Part shown: positions 32,424-41,179 of the stretch, in pieces
How positions within the stretch are numbered: position 1 is the stretch's first letter
How the letters are laid out: each line of letters starts with the position of its first letter
Source: Gemmatimonadaceae bacterium
GTDB taxonomy: Bacteria > Gemmatimonadota > Gemmatimonadetes > Gemmatimonadales > Gemmatimonadaceae
Length of the DNA stretch: 64,000 bases
NCBI GenBank assembly: GCA_045803545.1
Contig: JBJMOW010000005.1
Span: 1-64,000, forward strand
Direction of reading: 5' to 3'
Translations under genes and position numbers: made by a program
Notes under the pieces: model-generated
Databases searched by the model: none
What the model saw: only the letters and a program-made list of their open reading frames with translations
What the model was told of the DNA's origin: nothing

Positions 32424-33710
32424 ATGGTCAAGGTTTCCCGGGTAGAAGAAAACAGTGTCGGCGCCGAGCTCGGAATCCTTCCCGGAACGGAGCTTCTCTC
32501 CGTCAACGACAGGCCGGTTAACGACTTCCTCGACTGGGAGTTTTTGACGGCTGACGAAGAGCTCGTCATCGAAGCGCGGCAGCCAGATGGAGAAGAAATC
32601 GTATACGAGCTTGAAAGGCTCGACGGGGAGCCGCTTGGCATCTCGCTCGTTCCTCCAACGGTACGCCGCTGCGCCAACCGCTGCGAATTCTGCTTCATCG
32701 AAGGACTCCCGGAAGGCTTACGAAAGCCGCTCTACATCCGCGACGACGATTATCGCCTGTCGTTCGCTTACGGCAACTTTGCGACGCTGTCGAACGTGAA
32801 GGAGCGTGACATCCAGCGGATTCTGGAGTACCGCCTCTCGCCCCTGTACGTGTCGGTTCACGCTACCAATCATGAAGCGCGGAAGATTCTGCTCAACAAC
32901 CCAAGGGTACCTGACATTAAGGCCCAGCTTGGACGCCTGGCCGCTGGTGGAATCAGCTTCCATTGCCAAATGGTTGTGGTTCCCGGCTTAAACGATGGCG
33001 ACGTACTCCAGGAATCACTTCGCGACCTTTGGGAGATGGGCGACGCCGTTCTTTCCGCGGCGGTGGTTCCTGTTGGCCTGACCCAGTTCTCGCACCTTTA
33101 CACGGGCAAGCGGATGGATCGGGAAACGGCGTCGACGATCCTCGACCAGGTTGAGAAGTTCGGCGCTCTCGCACTCCGCGAGCGTGGTGAAACTTGGGTA
33201 TTCGGATCGGACGAGTTGTACATGCTGGCCGGTCGCGAGCTCCCTGACGCATCCCACTATGGCGAGTTCGCTCAGATCGAGAATGGCGTCGGCGCCGTGA
33301 CATCGCTCCGCATGCGTGTGGCGCAAGGTCTCGGTCGCGTGAAGCGCCGCGAAGGCGACAGAATCGGCGTCGTCACCGGCTCGGCAATGGCACCGTTGAT
33401 GGAGCCGTTGCTCGAGAAGCTCACTGCAAAGAGCGGCGCCAGCTTCGAGTTGATCGTTGCCGAGAATTCGCTCTTTGGTCCGACGATCACCACGGCGGGG
33501 CTGCTGGTCGGACGCGATATCATCACAGCGCTTCACAATCGCACTGATCTGGACTACGCGCTGATACCGGCAGAGACCATCAACGAGGACAGCGTCTTCC
33601 TCGATGATTTCACGCTGGAAGCGGTGAGGGGCGCACTGCCGATTCCGATCTTTCCATCTTACGACTTCATCGACGTGCTGAAGTCGGAGCCGACGGCGGT
33701 GGCAGTTTGA
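32424..33710 (+). CDS. PDZ + radical SAM (DUF512-type) protein
   Basis: N-terminal PDZ-like segment, CANRCEFC (CX3CX2C), RDDDYRLSF.YGN, LSPLYVSVHAT, QIENGVG. Confidence 0.85.
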   Translation: MVKVSRVEENSVGAELGILPGTELLSVNDRPVNDFLDWEFLTADEELVIEARQPDGEEIVYELERLDGEPLGISLVPPTVRRCANRCEFCFIEGLPEGLRKPLYIRDDDYRLSFAYGNFATLSNVKERDIQRILEYRLSPLYVSVHATNHEARKILLNNPRVPDIKAQLGRLAAGGISFHCQMVVVPGLNDGDVLQESLRDLWEMGDAVLSAAVVPVGLTQFSHLYTGKRMDRETASTILDQVEKFGALALRERGETWVFGSDELYMLAGRELPDASHYGEFAQIENGVGAVTSLRMRVAQGLGRVKRREGDRIGVVTGSAMAPLMEPLLEKLTAKSGASFELIVAENSLFGPTITTAGLLVGRDIITALHNRTDLDYALIPAETINEDSVFLDDFTLEAVRGALPIPIFPSYDFIDVLKSEPTAVAV

Positions 33711-35014
33711 ATCTTCCAGTCATCGCTCTCATCGGCCGGCCAAACGTCGGGAAGTCGGCGTTGTTCAACCGCATAGTCGGTGAGAATAGCGCGATCGTCA
33801 GCGACGAAGCGGGCACCACTCGTGACCGGCATTTTGCTCGCGCGGACTGGAACGGCCGGCAATTCTGGCTCGTCGATACCGGCGGACTTACCGACGATCC
33901 ACGCATCCCGATGGATGTCGAAATCAAGCGACAAGTTCTGCAGGCGATCGACGAGTCGGATTTGTTGATGCTGGTGGTCGATGCGCGATCAGGACTCCAT
34001 CCGAGCGACAGTCGCGTCGTAGATCTGCTGAGAGAAGCGGGGAAGCCCTGGGTTTTGATCGCTAACAAGGTCGACAATCCGGACACCACCGACTACTACG
34101 AGTTCTATAGCCTTGGTGCCGGGGACCCAGTTCCGGTTTCGGCGTTGAATGGAAAGCAGACTGGCGACATGCTTGATACCGTCGTCGAGCGTATCCCGAC
34201 AGCAGCGGAAGAGGTGCCGGAAGCACTCCGTGTCGCGGTAGTGGGACGTCCCAACGTCGGCAAGTCATCGCTCATCAATCGTCTGCTCGGCGAAGATCGG
34301 CTGGTCGTCGCGGATGAGGCTGGAACAACGCGTGATGCGATCGACACGCCGATGACGTACCATGGTCGGGAGATAATCTTCGTCGACACCGCCGGACTCC
34401 GACGGCAATCGAAAGTAGAGGAGGGAATCGAGTTTTATTCTGCGCTCAGAACCCGCCGCGCAATCGAGCGCTCCGATATCTGCATCCTGGTGCTCGACGC
34501 GATCGAAGGTCTCCACAATCAGGATCTCAAGATCGCGACGCTGGCATGGGACAGCGGTCGCGGACTGATCGTCGTGGTCAACAAATGGGATCTCAAGGAG
34601 AAGGGAAACAACACCGCCGCGCAGTTCGAGAAGGAAGCACACGAAAAGGCGCCGTATCTCAAGTTCGTTCCTTTCGTCTTCACCTCCGCGGTGAGCGGAC
34701 AACGCGTCACCAAGATCCTCGACTTGCTGGTGGAGGTCGACGCCGAGCGGCACAAGCGAATCAGCACGTCGCAGGTAAATTCTACGCTCGAGGAAATCGT
34801 AGGCCGTCGGCAACCGCCTCAAGCTGCGGGGCGGGAGGTCAAGCTCAATTACGCGACCCAGGTCGAGACAGCGCCGCCGGTGATTGCGGTTTTCGGCAAT
34901 AATCCCGATCTCGTGCAGGAGCACTATGTTCGCTACCTCCACAACGGTTTCCGCGAGGCCTGGGGATTCCACGGCAACCCTCTCCGCATCATCATGCGTC
35001 GTAAATCAGCGTAG
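33707..35014 (+). CDS. der: Ribosome biogenesis GTPase Der (EngA)
   Basis: Two G-domains (GRPNVGKS twice, DTGG/DTAG, NKVD/NKWD) and a KH-like C-terminus. Confidence 0.96.
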   Translation: MNLPVIALIGRPNVGKSALFNRIVGENSAIVSDEAGTTRDRHFARADWNGRQFWLVDTGGLTDDPRIPMDVEIKRQVLQAIDESDLLMLVVDARSGLHPSDSRVVDLLREAGKPWVLIANKVDNPDTTDYYEFYSLGAGDPVPVSALNGKQTGDMLDTVVERIPTAAEEVPEALRVAVVGRPNVGKSSLINRLLGEDRLVVADEAGTTRDAIDTPMTYHGREIIFVDTAGLRRQSKVEEGIEFYSALRTRRAIERSDICILVLDAIEGLHNQDLKIATLAWDSGRGLIVVVNKWDLKEKGNNTAAQFEKEAHEKAPYLKFVPFVFTSAVSGQRVTKILDLLVEVDAERHKRISTSQVNSTLEEIVGRRQPPQAAGREVKLNYATQVETAPPVIAVFGNNPDLVQEHYVRYLHNGFREAWGFHGNPLRIIMRRKSA

Positions 35015-35629
35015 ATGGCGCCGATAATCGGCGTTCTCATCGCGTACCTCGCAGGCTCAATCCCATCGGCCTACATCGCCGGGCGGGTACGCGGCGTCGA
35101 TCTGAGAAAACACGGATCCGGAAACCTTGGCGCCACCAACGTCGTGCGAGTGCTGGGCGCGAAGATCGGAGCTGTCGTTTTTCTCGCTGATTTTTTCAAG
35201 GGCTTCCTGCCCGTGTTTTACCTTCCGATCGTCGCGGACACATTGCAGCCGCAGTTGTGGGCTCTCATCTATGGCGCGGCGGCGATTCTCGGTCATGTGA
35301 AGCCAATCTTTCTGCTCGGGCGCGGTGGTGGCAAAGGCGTCGCGACTGCGAGTGGAGTGTTCACGGCACTGGCGCCGGTACCAATGCTGATCTCGATGGC
35401 GACCTGGATCGTCGTCTTCTGGATTTCGCGCTATGTGAGTCTGGCCTCGCTGATTGGAGCGGCCATTCTGCCAGTTGCCATCTACGTGCTTTACCGGGAC
35501 GCGCACGCGCCAGTTTTCATCGCCAGCGTCATCATCGCGGCGTTCGTGTTCTGGACTCATCGCGCCAACATCGGTCGCCTTCGTCGCGGTGAAGAGCACC
35601 GCTTCGTGAAGAAGGAGACAGCGTCCTGA
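35015..35629 (+). CDS. plsY: Glycerol-3-phosphate acyltransferase PlsY
   Basis: YLAGSIP, GSGNLGATN, GGKGVAT, HRANI.RL. Confidence 0.95.
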   Translation: MAPIIGVLIAYLAGSIPSAYIAGRVRGVDLRKHGSGNLGATNVVRVLGAKIGAVVFLADFFKGFLPVFYLPIVADTLQPQLWALIYGAAAILGHVKPIFLLGRGGGKGVATASGVFTALAPVPMLISMATWIVVFWISRYVSLASLIGAAILPVAIYVLYRDAHAPVFIASVIIAAFVFWTHRANIGRLRRGEEHRFVKKETAS

Positions 35630-36624
35630 TGCGATGCGCGGTGGTAGGTGCCGGTGCTTGGGGTACCGCTCTCGCCGATCTGCTGGTGCGCAACGGACAC
35701 GAAGTAAAACTGTGGGCGTTCGAGCCGGACGTCGTCGACTCGGTCAACAACAAGCACGAGAACACCCGATTCCTGTCGGGGCACAAGCTGGCCGAAGGAC
35801 TCCAGGCAGACAGCGACGTCGAGGAAGTCGTCGATGATGCCGAGCTGGTGACGTTCGCGACGCCGTCGCACGTCTTGCGATTGATCGCTCGAAAGGCGGT
35901 GAAGGTTCTACCGGACAATGCACCGCTCGTCGTGGCGACCAAAGGGATCGAGAAATCGACGTTATGCCTGATGACCGAAGTAGTGGAGCAGGAAGCATCG
36001 GCCGCGACAGTCGTCGCTTTGTCGGGCCCGAGCTTCGCCACCGAGGTTGTCAGTCGTCAGCCAACCGCTGTCGTTGTCGCGTCCGAAGACGAGAGTGCTG
36101 CCGAGCTTACTCAGCGGGTATTCAGCTCGCCCTACTTTCGCGCGTATACACACACTGATGTAATTGGGGTCGAGCTGGGTGGTGCGCTCAAGAATGTCAT
36201 GGCAGTAGCCACCGGCATTGCCGACGGGCTCGGCCTTGGGTTCAACGCCCGCGCCGCGCTCGTGACGCGCGGACTCGCTGAGATGACCCGGCTCGGTGTG
36301 GCACTCGGCGCCGAGCAGAGCACCTTCGCCGGACTGGCAGGATTGGGTGATCTCGTTCTTACCTGTACGGGCACCCTGAGTCGTAACCGCACAGTCGGCC
36401 TGGAGCTGGGAAAAGGGAAGCAGCTCGACGAAGTGTTGCGGAGCAGGGAAACAGTCGCGGAAGGCGTCACCGCCGCGCAGAGTGCGCGGGAGCTCGCAAT
36501 ACGCGAAGGAGTTGAAATGCCAATTGTCGATGCAGTCAATCGTGTGCTATTCGAAGGACAACCAGCGCGTCGCGCCATCGGTGAGCTGATGTCACGTGAG
36601 CTGCGCGCGGAGGTAGATCGATGA
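35629..36624 (+). CDS. gpsA: NAD(P)H-dependent glycerol-3-phosphate dehydrogenase
   Basis: GAGAWGTALA, KGIE, SGPSFA.EV, GGALKNV, GLGDLVLTC, SRN. Confidence 0.95.
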   Translation: MRCAVVGAGAWGTALADLLVRNGHEVKLWAFEPDVVDSVNNKHENTRFLSGHKLAEGLQADSDVEEVVDDAELVTFATPSHVLRLIARKAVKVLPDNAPLVVATKGIEKSTLCLMTEVVEQEASAATVVALSGPSFATEVVSRQPTAVVVASEDESAAELTQRVFSSPYFRAYTHTDVIGVELGGALKNVMAVATGIADGLGLGFNARAALVTRGLAEMTRLGVALGAEQSTFAGLAGLGDLVLTCTGTLSRNRTVGLELGKGKQLDEVLRSRETVAEGVTAAQSARELAIREGVEMPIVDAVNRVLFEGQPARRAIGELMSRELRAEVDR

Positions 36625-37004
36625 AAGCAAAGGAGGCGGTGCAGGAGTTCTTCTCGATTGGTGATGTGTGCACGCTGACCGATTTGAAGCCGCACGTGCT
36701 GCGATATTGGGAAAGTCAGTTCAAGTTTCTCCATCCGGCGAAGAATCGGTCCGGCAATCGCGTCTATCAGCGCCGCGAGATCGAACTGATCATGCTCGTC
36801 AAACAGCTCCTTTACACCGAGAAGTACACCATCGACGGGGCACGCCAGAAGATCGACGAGTACCGCAAGAGCGGCGAGCTGCGCTCGGTGGCACGCGCGG
36901 CACTGGATTCGCAAGCGGTCGAAACTATGGAAACCGAGCTTCGCGCAATCCTCGCGCTTTTGAACGGCGAGCCAGACCCGACTCAAGGGAGTGCAGAAAC
37001 TTGA
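36621..37004 (+). CDS. MerR-family transcriptional regulator
   Basis: FSIGDV...PHVLRYWE..F..L.P.K...GNR.Y...YTIDGA. Confidence 0.88.
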   Translation: MKAKEAVQEFFSIGDVCTLTDLKPHVLRYWESQFKFLHPAKNRSGNRVYQRREIELIMLVKQLLYTEKYTIDGARQKIDEYRKSGELRSVARAALDSQAVETMETELRAILALLNGEPDPTQGSAET

Positions 37005-37678
37005 TCGAACCGCTGGTGGTGATTGTTCCGGCATATAACGCCGAGCCGACTCTCGCGAACGTCGTCAAAGGCGTCCGCCGCAATCTGCCCAAGGCGCTGA
37101 TCATTGGCGTCGACGATGGATCGACCGATGGGTCGCGCAAGTTGTTGCGCACCGTAGCCGACGAGACCATTGAGTTCGACGTCAATCAAGGGAAGGGAGC
37201 GGCGCTCCGCGCTGCGTTTGCCAAGGCGCTCGAGAAAGGCGCTGCGGCGGTGCTGACAATCGATTCCGATGGGCAACACGATCCCGCATTTGCGCCGGAC
37301 ATCGTCCGCGCTCTCGACAGGGCCGACATTGTCATTGGGACGCGGGATCTGAGTGGTGCGCACGTGCCCAAGCACCGCCGGATCGCCAACATGATTTCGT
37401 CGGCGGCGACGCGCGCGGTCTCGGGTGGCAAAGTGCGTGACAGCCAGTCGGGCTATCGCGCGATGAAGGCGGATGTTCTTCGTAAGGTGGATGCCAAGGG
37501 CGACCGCTACGAGTTCGAGACCGATTTCATCATCCGCGCTGCTCGCTCTGGTTTCACGACGGTGAATGTGCCGATCTCCACCATCTACGGATCGCCGAGC
37601 TACTTCCGCGAATTTCGCGACGCATGGCTGGTGATCAAAGTCCTGTGGCGGCACAAGGCGGGGATTTTCAAGCGTTGA
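37001..37678 (+). CDS. Glycosyltransferase family 2 (DPM1-like)
   Basis: Start reassigned to TTG 37001; VPAYN, DDGSTD, NQGKGAAL, DSDGQH, DSQSGYR. Confidence 0.87.
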   Translation: MIEPLVVIVPAYNAEPTLANVVKGVRRNLPKALIIGVDDGSTDGSRKLLRTVADETIEFDVNQGKGAALRAAFAKALEKGAAAVLTIDSDGQHDPAFAPDIVRALDRADIVIGTRDLSGAHVPKHRRIANMISSAATRAVSGGKVRDSQSGYRAMKADVLRKVDAKGDRYEFETDFIIRAARSGFTTVNVPISTIYGSPSYFREFRDAWLVIKVLWRHKAGIFKR

Positions 37679-38436
37679 GACTGCTTTGTACAAACGACGA
37701 TGGGATTCTTGCGCACGGGCTCGCGTGTCTGATCGAAGCCGCCGAGCCCCTCGGTGAGATCACCGTCGTCGCGCCTGACAGAGAGCAAAGCGCCACCAGC
37801 CATTCGCTGACCCTGCATCACCCGATTCGCCCCATCGAGCGGGGCGAGCGGCGCTATCAAGTCGATGGTACTCCGACTGACTGCGTGATGCTGGCGGTCG
37901 AAGCGTTGATGCCGCAGCGTCCCGATTTCGTGATGAGTGGGATCAACCACGGACAGAACATGGGCGAGGATGTTCTGTACTCGGGAACAGTCGCCGCGGC
38001 AATGGAAGGACTCTCGCTCGGCATCCCATCCATCGCGATTTCCTTTGCCGGCGGCGACCTGCGAGCCGACGTCAGCATGTTGCGCGATCAGATCGATCCG
38101 TTGCGGAGTCTACTGAAGCACGTCATTTCACTGCCATCGTTTCCCGAGAACACTCTGCTCAACATCAACATGCCGCCTTTGCGCGGCGACGACATCAGAG
38201 GGGTACGACTCACTCGCCTCGGCAGACGAGTCTATTCCGATTCGCTGAAACCGATGCAGGACCCGTGGGGAAGGCAGATCTATTGGATTGGTGGCGGATC
38301 AATTGCGTGGTCTGGAGAGGAGACGTCGGATTTCCGCGCCATTCAGGAAGGCTACATCTCGGTGACCCCGCTTCACCTCGATCTTACGCACCACGCGATG
38401 CTGGCGTCAGCTGAGAAATGGTGGCAACAGCCGTAG
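37675..38436 (+). CDS. surE: 5'/3'-nucleotidase SurE
   Basis: Start reassigned to TTG 37675; TNDDG, APDREQS, GTPTDCV, SGINHG.N.G.DVLYSGTVAAA.EG. Confidence 0.95.
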   Translation: MRLLCTNDDGILAHGLACLIEAAEPLGEITVVAPDREQSATSHSLTLHHPIRPIERGERRYQVDGTPTDCVMLAVEALMPQRPDFVMSGINHGQNMGEDVLYSGTVAAAMEGLSLGIPSIAISFAGGDLRADVSMLRDQIDPLRSLLKHVISLPSFPENTLLNINMPPLRGDDIRGVRLTRLGRRVYSDSLKPMQDPWGRQIYWIGGGSIAWSGEETSDFRAIQEGYISVTPLHLDLTHHAMLASAEKWWQQP

Positions 38437-39080
38437 AACCCGATTATCGCGGACCGCGTCGCCGTCTGGTCGAGCAGCTGCACGATCAGGGCATACTCGA
38501 CCTCGCCGTACTTCACGCGATTGATGAAGTGCCGCGGCATCTGTTCGTGCCGACCGGCGTGCGTCATCGTGCTTATGAAGATTCGGCCTTGCCGATTGGA
38601 AATGGACAGACGATTTCACAGCCTTCGATCCACGCACGGTATCTCGAACTGCTCAAGCTGAGTGGGAAAGAGAAGGTGCTCGAGATCGGTACGGGCTCGG
38701 GCTATCAGACCGCGCTGCTCGCAAAGCTCGCCTCGCAGGTTTTTTCGATCGAGCGGATCGCGCCGCTTCTCGACAAGGCGCGTGAGACATTGCGAGAAAT
38801 AGGAGCGCGCAACGTCTCGCTCCTACTTGGCGATGGGACGCTCGGCTGGAGACAGTACGCTCCTTATGATGCGATTCTCGTCGGCGCCGCAGCGCCTGAA
38901 GTGCCGAGCACCTATCATGAGCAGCTCAGTGAAGGCGGTCGCCTTCTGATTCCGCTCGGCGATCGCGAGGAGCAAATTCTTTACATGTTCACACGACGGG
39001 GTAGCGAGCTCGACGCGACCGAGGTTGCACCAGTGAGGTTCGTGCCGCTGCTTGGGAAGTACAGTTGGGAGGATAAGTAA
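38418..39080 (+). CDS. pcm: Protein-L-isoaspartate O-methyltransferase
   Basis: AYED.ALPIG.GQTISQP, VLEIGTGSGYQ, APYDAI, VRFVPL. Confidence 0.95.
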   Translation: MVATAVEPDYRGPRRRLVEQLHDQGILDLAVLHAIDEVPRHLFVPTGVRHRAYEDSALPIGNGQTISQPSIHARYLELLKLSGKEKVLEIGTGSGYQTALLAKLASQVFSIERIAPLLDKARETLREIGARNVSLLLGDGTLGWRQYAPYDAILVGAAAPEVPSTYHEQLSEGGRLLIPLGDREEQILYMFTRRGSELDATEVAPVRFVPLLGKYSWEDK

Positions 39081-39784
39081 TGGCACAGACGCCGCAGCGG
39101 CCGTACGTCCCGCACCGCACACCGACTCGCGGCCAACCTGCGATCTCGGTCGCGGATTTTGCGCTGGCGAAGCCGTTTATACCCGGCGCAGAGCAACTAC
39201 AGAGCTCCATTTTGGACATGCACGCCGCGCCAGAAACTACACTCGCTGAAGCTCCAATCGCATCGATCGCGACTTTCTTGGCGGCGCCGCAGCTGACCGC
39301 GATAATTCCGCCCCGGGAGGGTGTGCTGGCCGACGATGAAGCCGAAGAGCTGCAGGAATTGCCACCGCTCGAGCATTTCCTCGATCCACTGCCTCCGATC
39401 TCCGAGTTCTCGATAGCTGCCGATACCTACGCCGCCGAGGACTTTCCGGATGAGATGGCAGACGTCCAACCTCACGATCGCGCCGACTCTGATTGGGTCG
39501 CGACGGATTGGCAGCGTTACGATTGGCAATCCGTCGCTGCTCTCGGCGACGCCGAACGATCGCAAGCAGAAGCAGCCAGCGATTGGGCGATGACGGATTG
39601 GGATGTACCATCGCCGCGAAAAACGGATCGAACCAAAACCCCGGCCGATGCCATCGCCGTGGCGTTGGATCAAATCGCCGAGCGCCTCAGGAATGGCGAT
39701 CTCGGCTTGCCGGGCGGTGGTTCGGTCGCAGATCCTGCGACGATAGCCGCGACGTTGGCAGCGCTGCTCGGAGTGAGACGTTAG
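39080..39784 (+). CDS. Hypothetical acidic low-complexity protein with repeated short motifs
   Basis: TAATG-coupled to pcm, fills the gap to acyP, GGAGG upstream; no family recognised. Confidence 0.7.
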   Translation: MAQTPQRPYVPHRTPTRGQPAISVADFALAKPFIPGAEQLQSSILDMHAAPETTLAEAPIASIATFLAAPQLTAIIPPREGVLADDEAEELQELPPLEHFLDPLPPISEFSIAADTYAAEDFPDEMADVQPHDRADSDWVATDWQRYDWQSVAALGDAERSQAEAASDWAMTDWDVPSPRKTDRTKTPADAIAVALDQIAERLRNGDLGLPGGGSVADPATIAATLAALLGVRR

Positions 39785-39789
39785 CGCAG

Positions 39790-40065
39790 ATGGATACGAT
39801 TCACCTCGAAATCCGCGGTCGGGTGCAGGGTGTAGGATTCCGCTGGTTTATCGTGGAGAGAGCCGAGCAGCTGAAGCTTGCCGGATGGGTGCGGAATCGC
39901 CGTGACGGTCGTGTGGAGCTCGCGGCGGCTGGACCGACGGAAGCGCTGAAGGAGTTCGAGACCGCGGCGAGGCAGGGGCCACGCGGGGCGAACGTCGAGG
40001 AAGTGCGCGACCTCGGGGCGGTGCCGTTGGAGTCTCTCAAACGCCCATTCGAGATCGTGCGCTAG
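39790..40065 (+). CDS. acyP: Acylphosphatase
   Basis: Start reassigned to ATG 39790; GRVQGVGFR, GWVRN..DG.VE. Confidence 0.93.
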   Translation: MDTIHLEIRGRVQGVGFRWFIVERAEQLKLAGWVRNRRDGRVELAAAGPTEALKEFETAARQGPRGANVEEVRDLGAVPLESLKRPFEIVR

Positions 40066-40137
40066 GTACCCAGCTGAGGCCGGCTCTTGTAGATTCAGGG
40101 CCAATTGCGGGAGAAGCCACGATTCAACGGTGATATC

Positions 40138-40211
40138 GCCCCCGTAGCTCAGGTGGATAGAGCAGCGGTTTCCTAAACCGTTGGCCGGGTGTTCGAGTCA
40201 CCCCGGGGGCA
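40138..40211 (+). tRNA. tRNA-Arg(CCT), CCA not encoded
   Basis: Acceptor GCCCCCG/CGGGGGC, D-arm TAGCTCAGGTGGATAGAGC, anticodon arm GCGGT-TTCCTAA-ACCGT, T-loop GTTCGAGTC. Confidence 0.95.
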
Positions 40212-40241
40212 CTCCCAGATCAACAAAGGATCAATCGAGAA

Positions 40242-40904
40242 ATGACGACACCGAATGTTCAGGCGCGTAAGAAGTACGGCGCGGACGAGGAGTCCATCGC
40301 CGAATGGTTGAAAGACCATAGTCGCGAGCTCACATGGACCTTGATCGGACTCGCCATAGTTGTCGGCGGCTTCTGGTTTTACGAGAGATCACAGTCCATA
40401 AAGTCTCAGCGTGCGGAGACGGCCTACTTTCAGGCGAGACAGGCCGTGGAAGCGGGGAACTTGCCGTTGGGCGTCTCCGACCTTCAGAAGGTCGTCACTC
40501 GCTACGGAGGCACAGCGGCAGGCAGCCAGGCGGCCCTCACATTGGCTCAGGCGCTATACGATCAGGGCAAGTTCAAAGAAGGCGTCGCCGCTCTGAAGAA
40601 GGCTGAGGGCGACGTGCCGTCGGAGTTCCGAGCATCGGTCCACGTACTTGAAGCCGCGGGATACGAAAGCCTGAAGGATTTCGCCAACGCAGCTGAGCAG
40701 TACAGACAGGCTTCCAGCGTGACTCCGTTTGCGGCGGACAAAGCCGAATACCTGGCGAGTGCGGCCCGTGATTATCAATCCGCCGGCAATCTGAAGGCAG
40801 CCATCGGGATCTGGCAGGATTTGGTCAAGAACGAGAACCCCGCGGTGGCCGGTGAGGCGCGGGTCCGACTCGGCGAGCTACAAGCCAAGCCGATGCAGGT
40901 CTAA
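40242..40904 (+). CDS. Membrane-anchored tetratricopeptide repeat protein (YfgM-like)
   Basis: Single N-terminal TM (LTWTLIGLAIVVGGFWFY) followed by TPR-like helices; YGGTAAG..A.L.LA motif. Confidence 0.75.
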   Translation: MTTPNVQARKKYGADEESIAEWLKDHSRELTWTLIGLAIVVGGFWFYERSQSIKSQRAETAYFQARQAVEAGNLPLGVSDLQKVVTRYGGTAAGSQAALTLAQALYDQGKFKEGVAALKKAEGDVPSEFRASVHVLEAAGYESLKDFANAAEQYRQASSVTPFAADKAEYLASAARDYQSAGNLKAAIGIWQDLVKNENPAVAGEARVRLGELQAKPMQV

Positions 40905-40944
40905 GATCGAACCCAAGTTCCGCTTCCAAATCTGGTCTTAGCAA

Positions 40945-40978
40945 AGAAGGCCACGGGCAAATGCCGCGTGGCCTTTCT
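40945..40978. terminator. Probable bidirectional intrinsic terminator between the convergent gene blocks
   Basis: AGAAGGCCACG-GGCA-AA-TGCC-GCGTGGCCTTTCT, an imperfect stem with short T/A flanks. Confidence 0.65.
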
Positions 40979-41004
40979 ACTAACCTGGAGATTGTAAACG
41001 GGGC

Positions 41005-41032
41005 TATGCGTATAAGATAGATTATGTAAACT
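41005..41032 (+). other. dif: dif site (XerC/XerD chromosome dimer resolution site)
   Basis: TATGCGTATAA-GATAGA-TTATGTAAACT has the 11-6-11 layout of E. coli dif GGTGCGCATAA-TGTATA-TTATGTTAAAT and lies exactly at the strand-convergence point. Confidence 0.88.
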
Positions 41033-41179
41033 ACTACAGGGGATAAAATGTGGAGAAAGCCAAATTCTCCACGAAGGCTCAGTTAAGGGTACTCCCCACT
41101 GCCGGTTGAACGATGGACTTCAGAAAGTGCTTGAGCTGAGCCGTTAGCGACAGTTGGATGACCAAGTCGCGACAGACTG

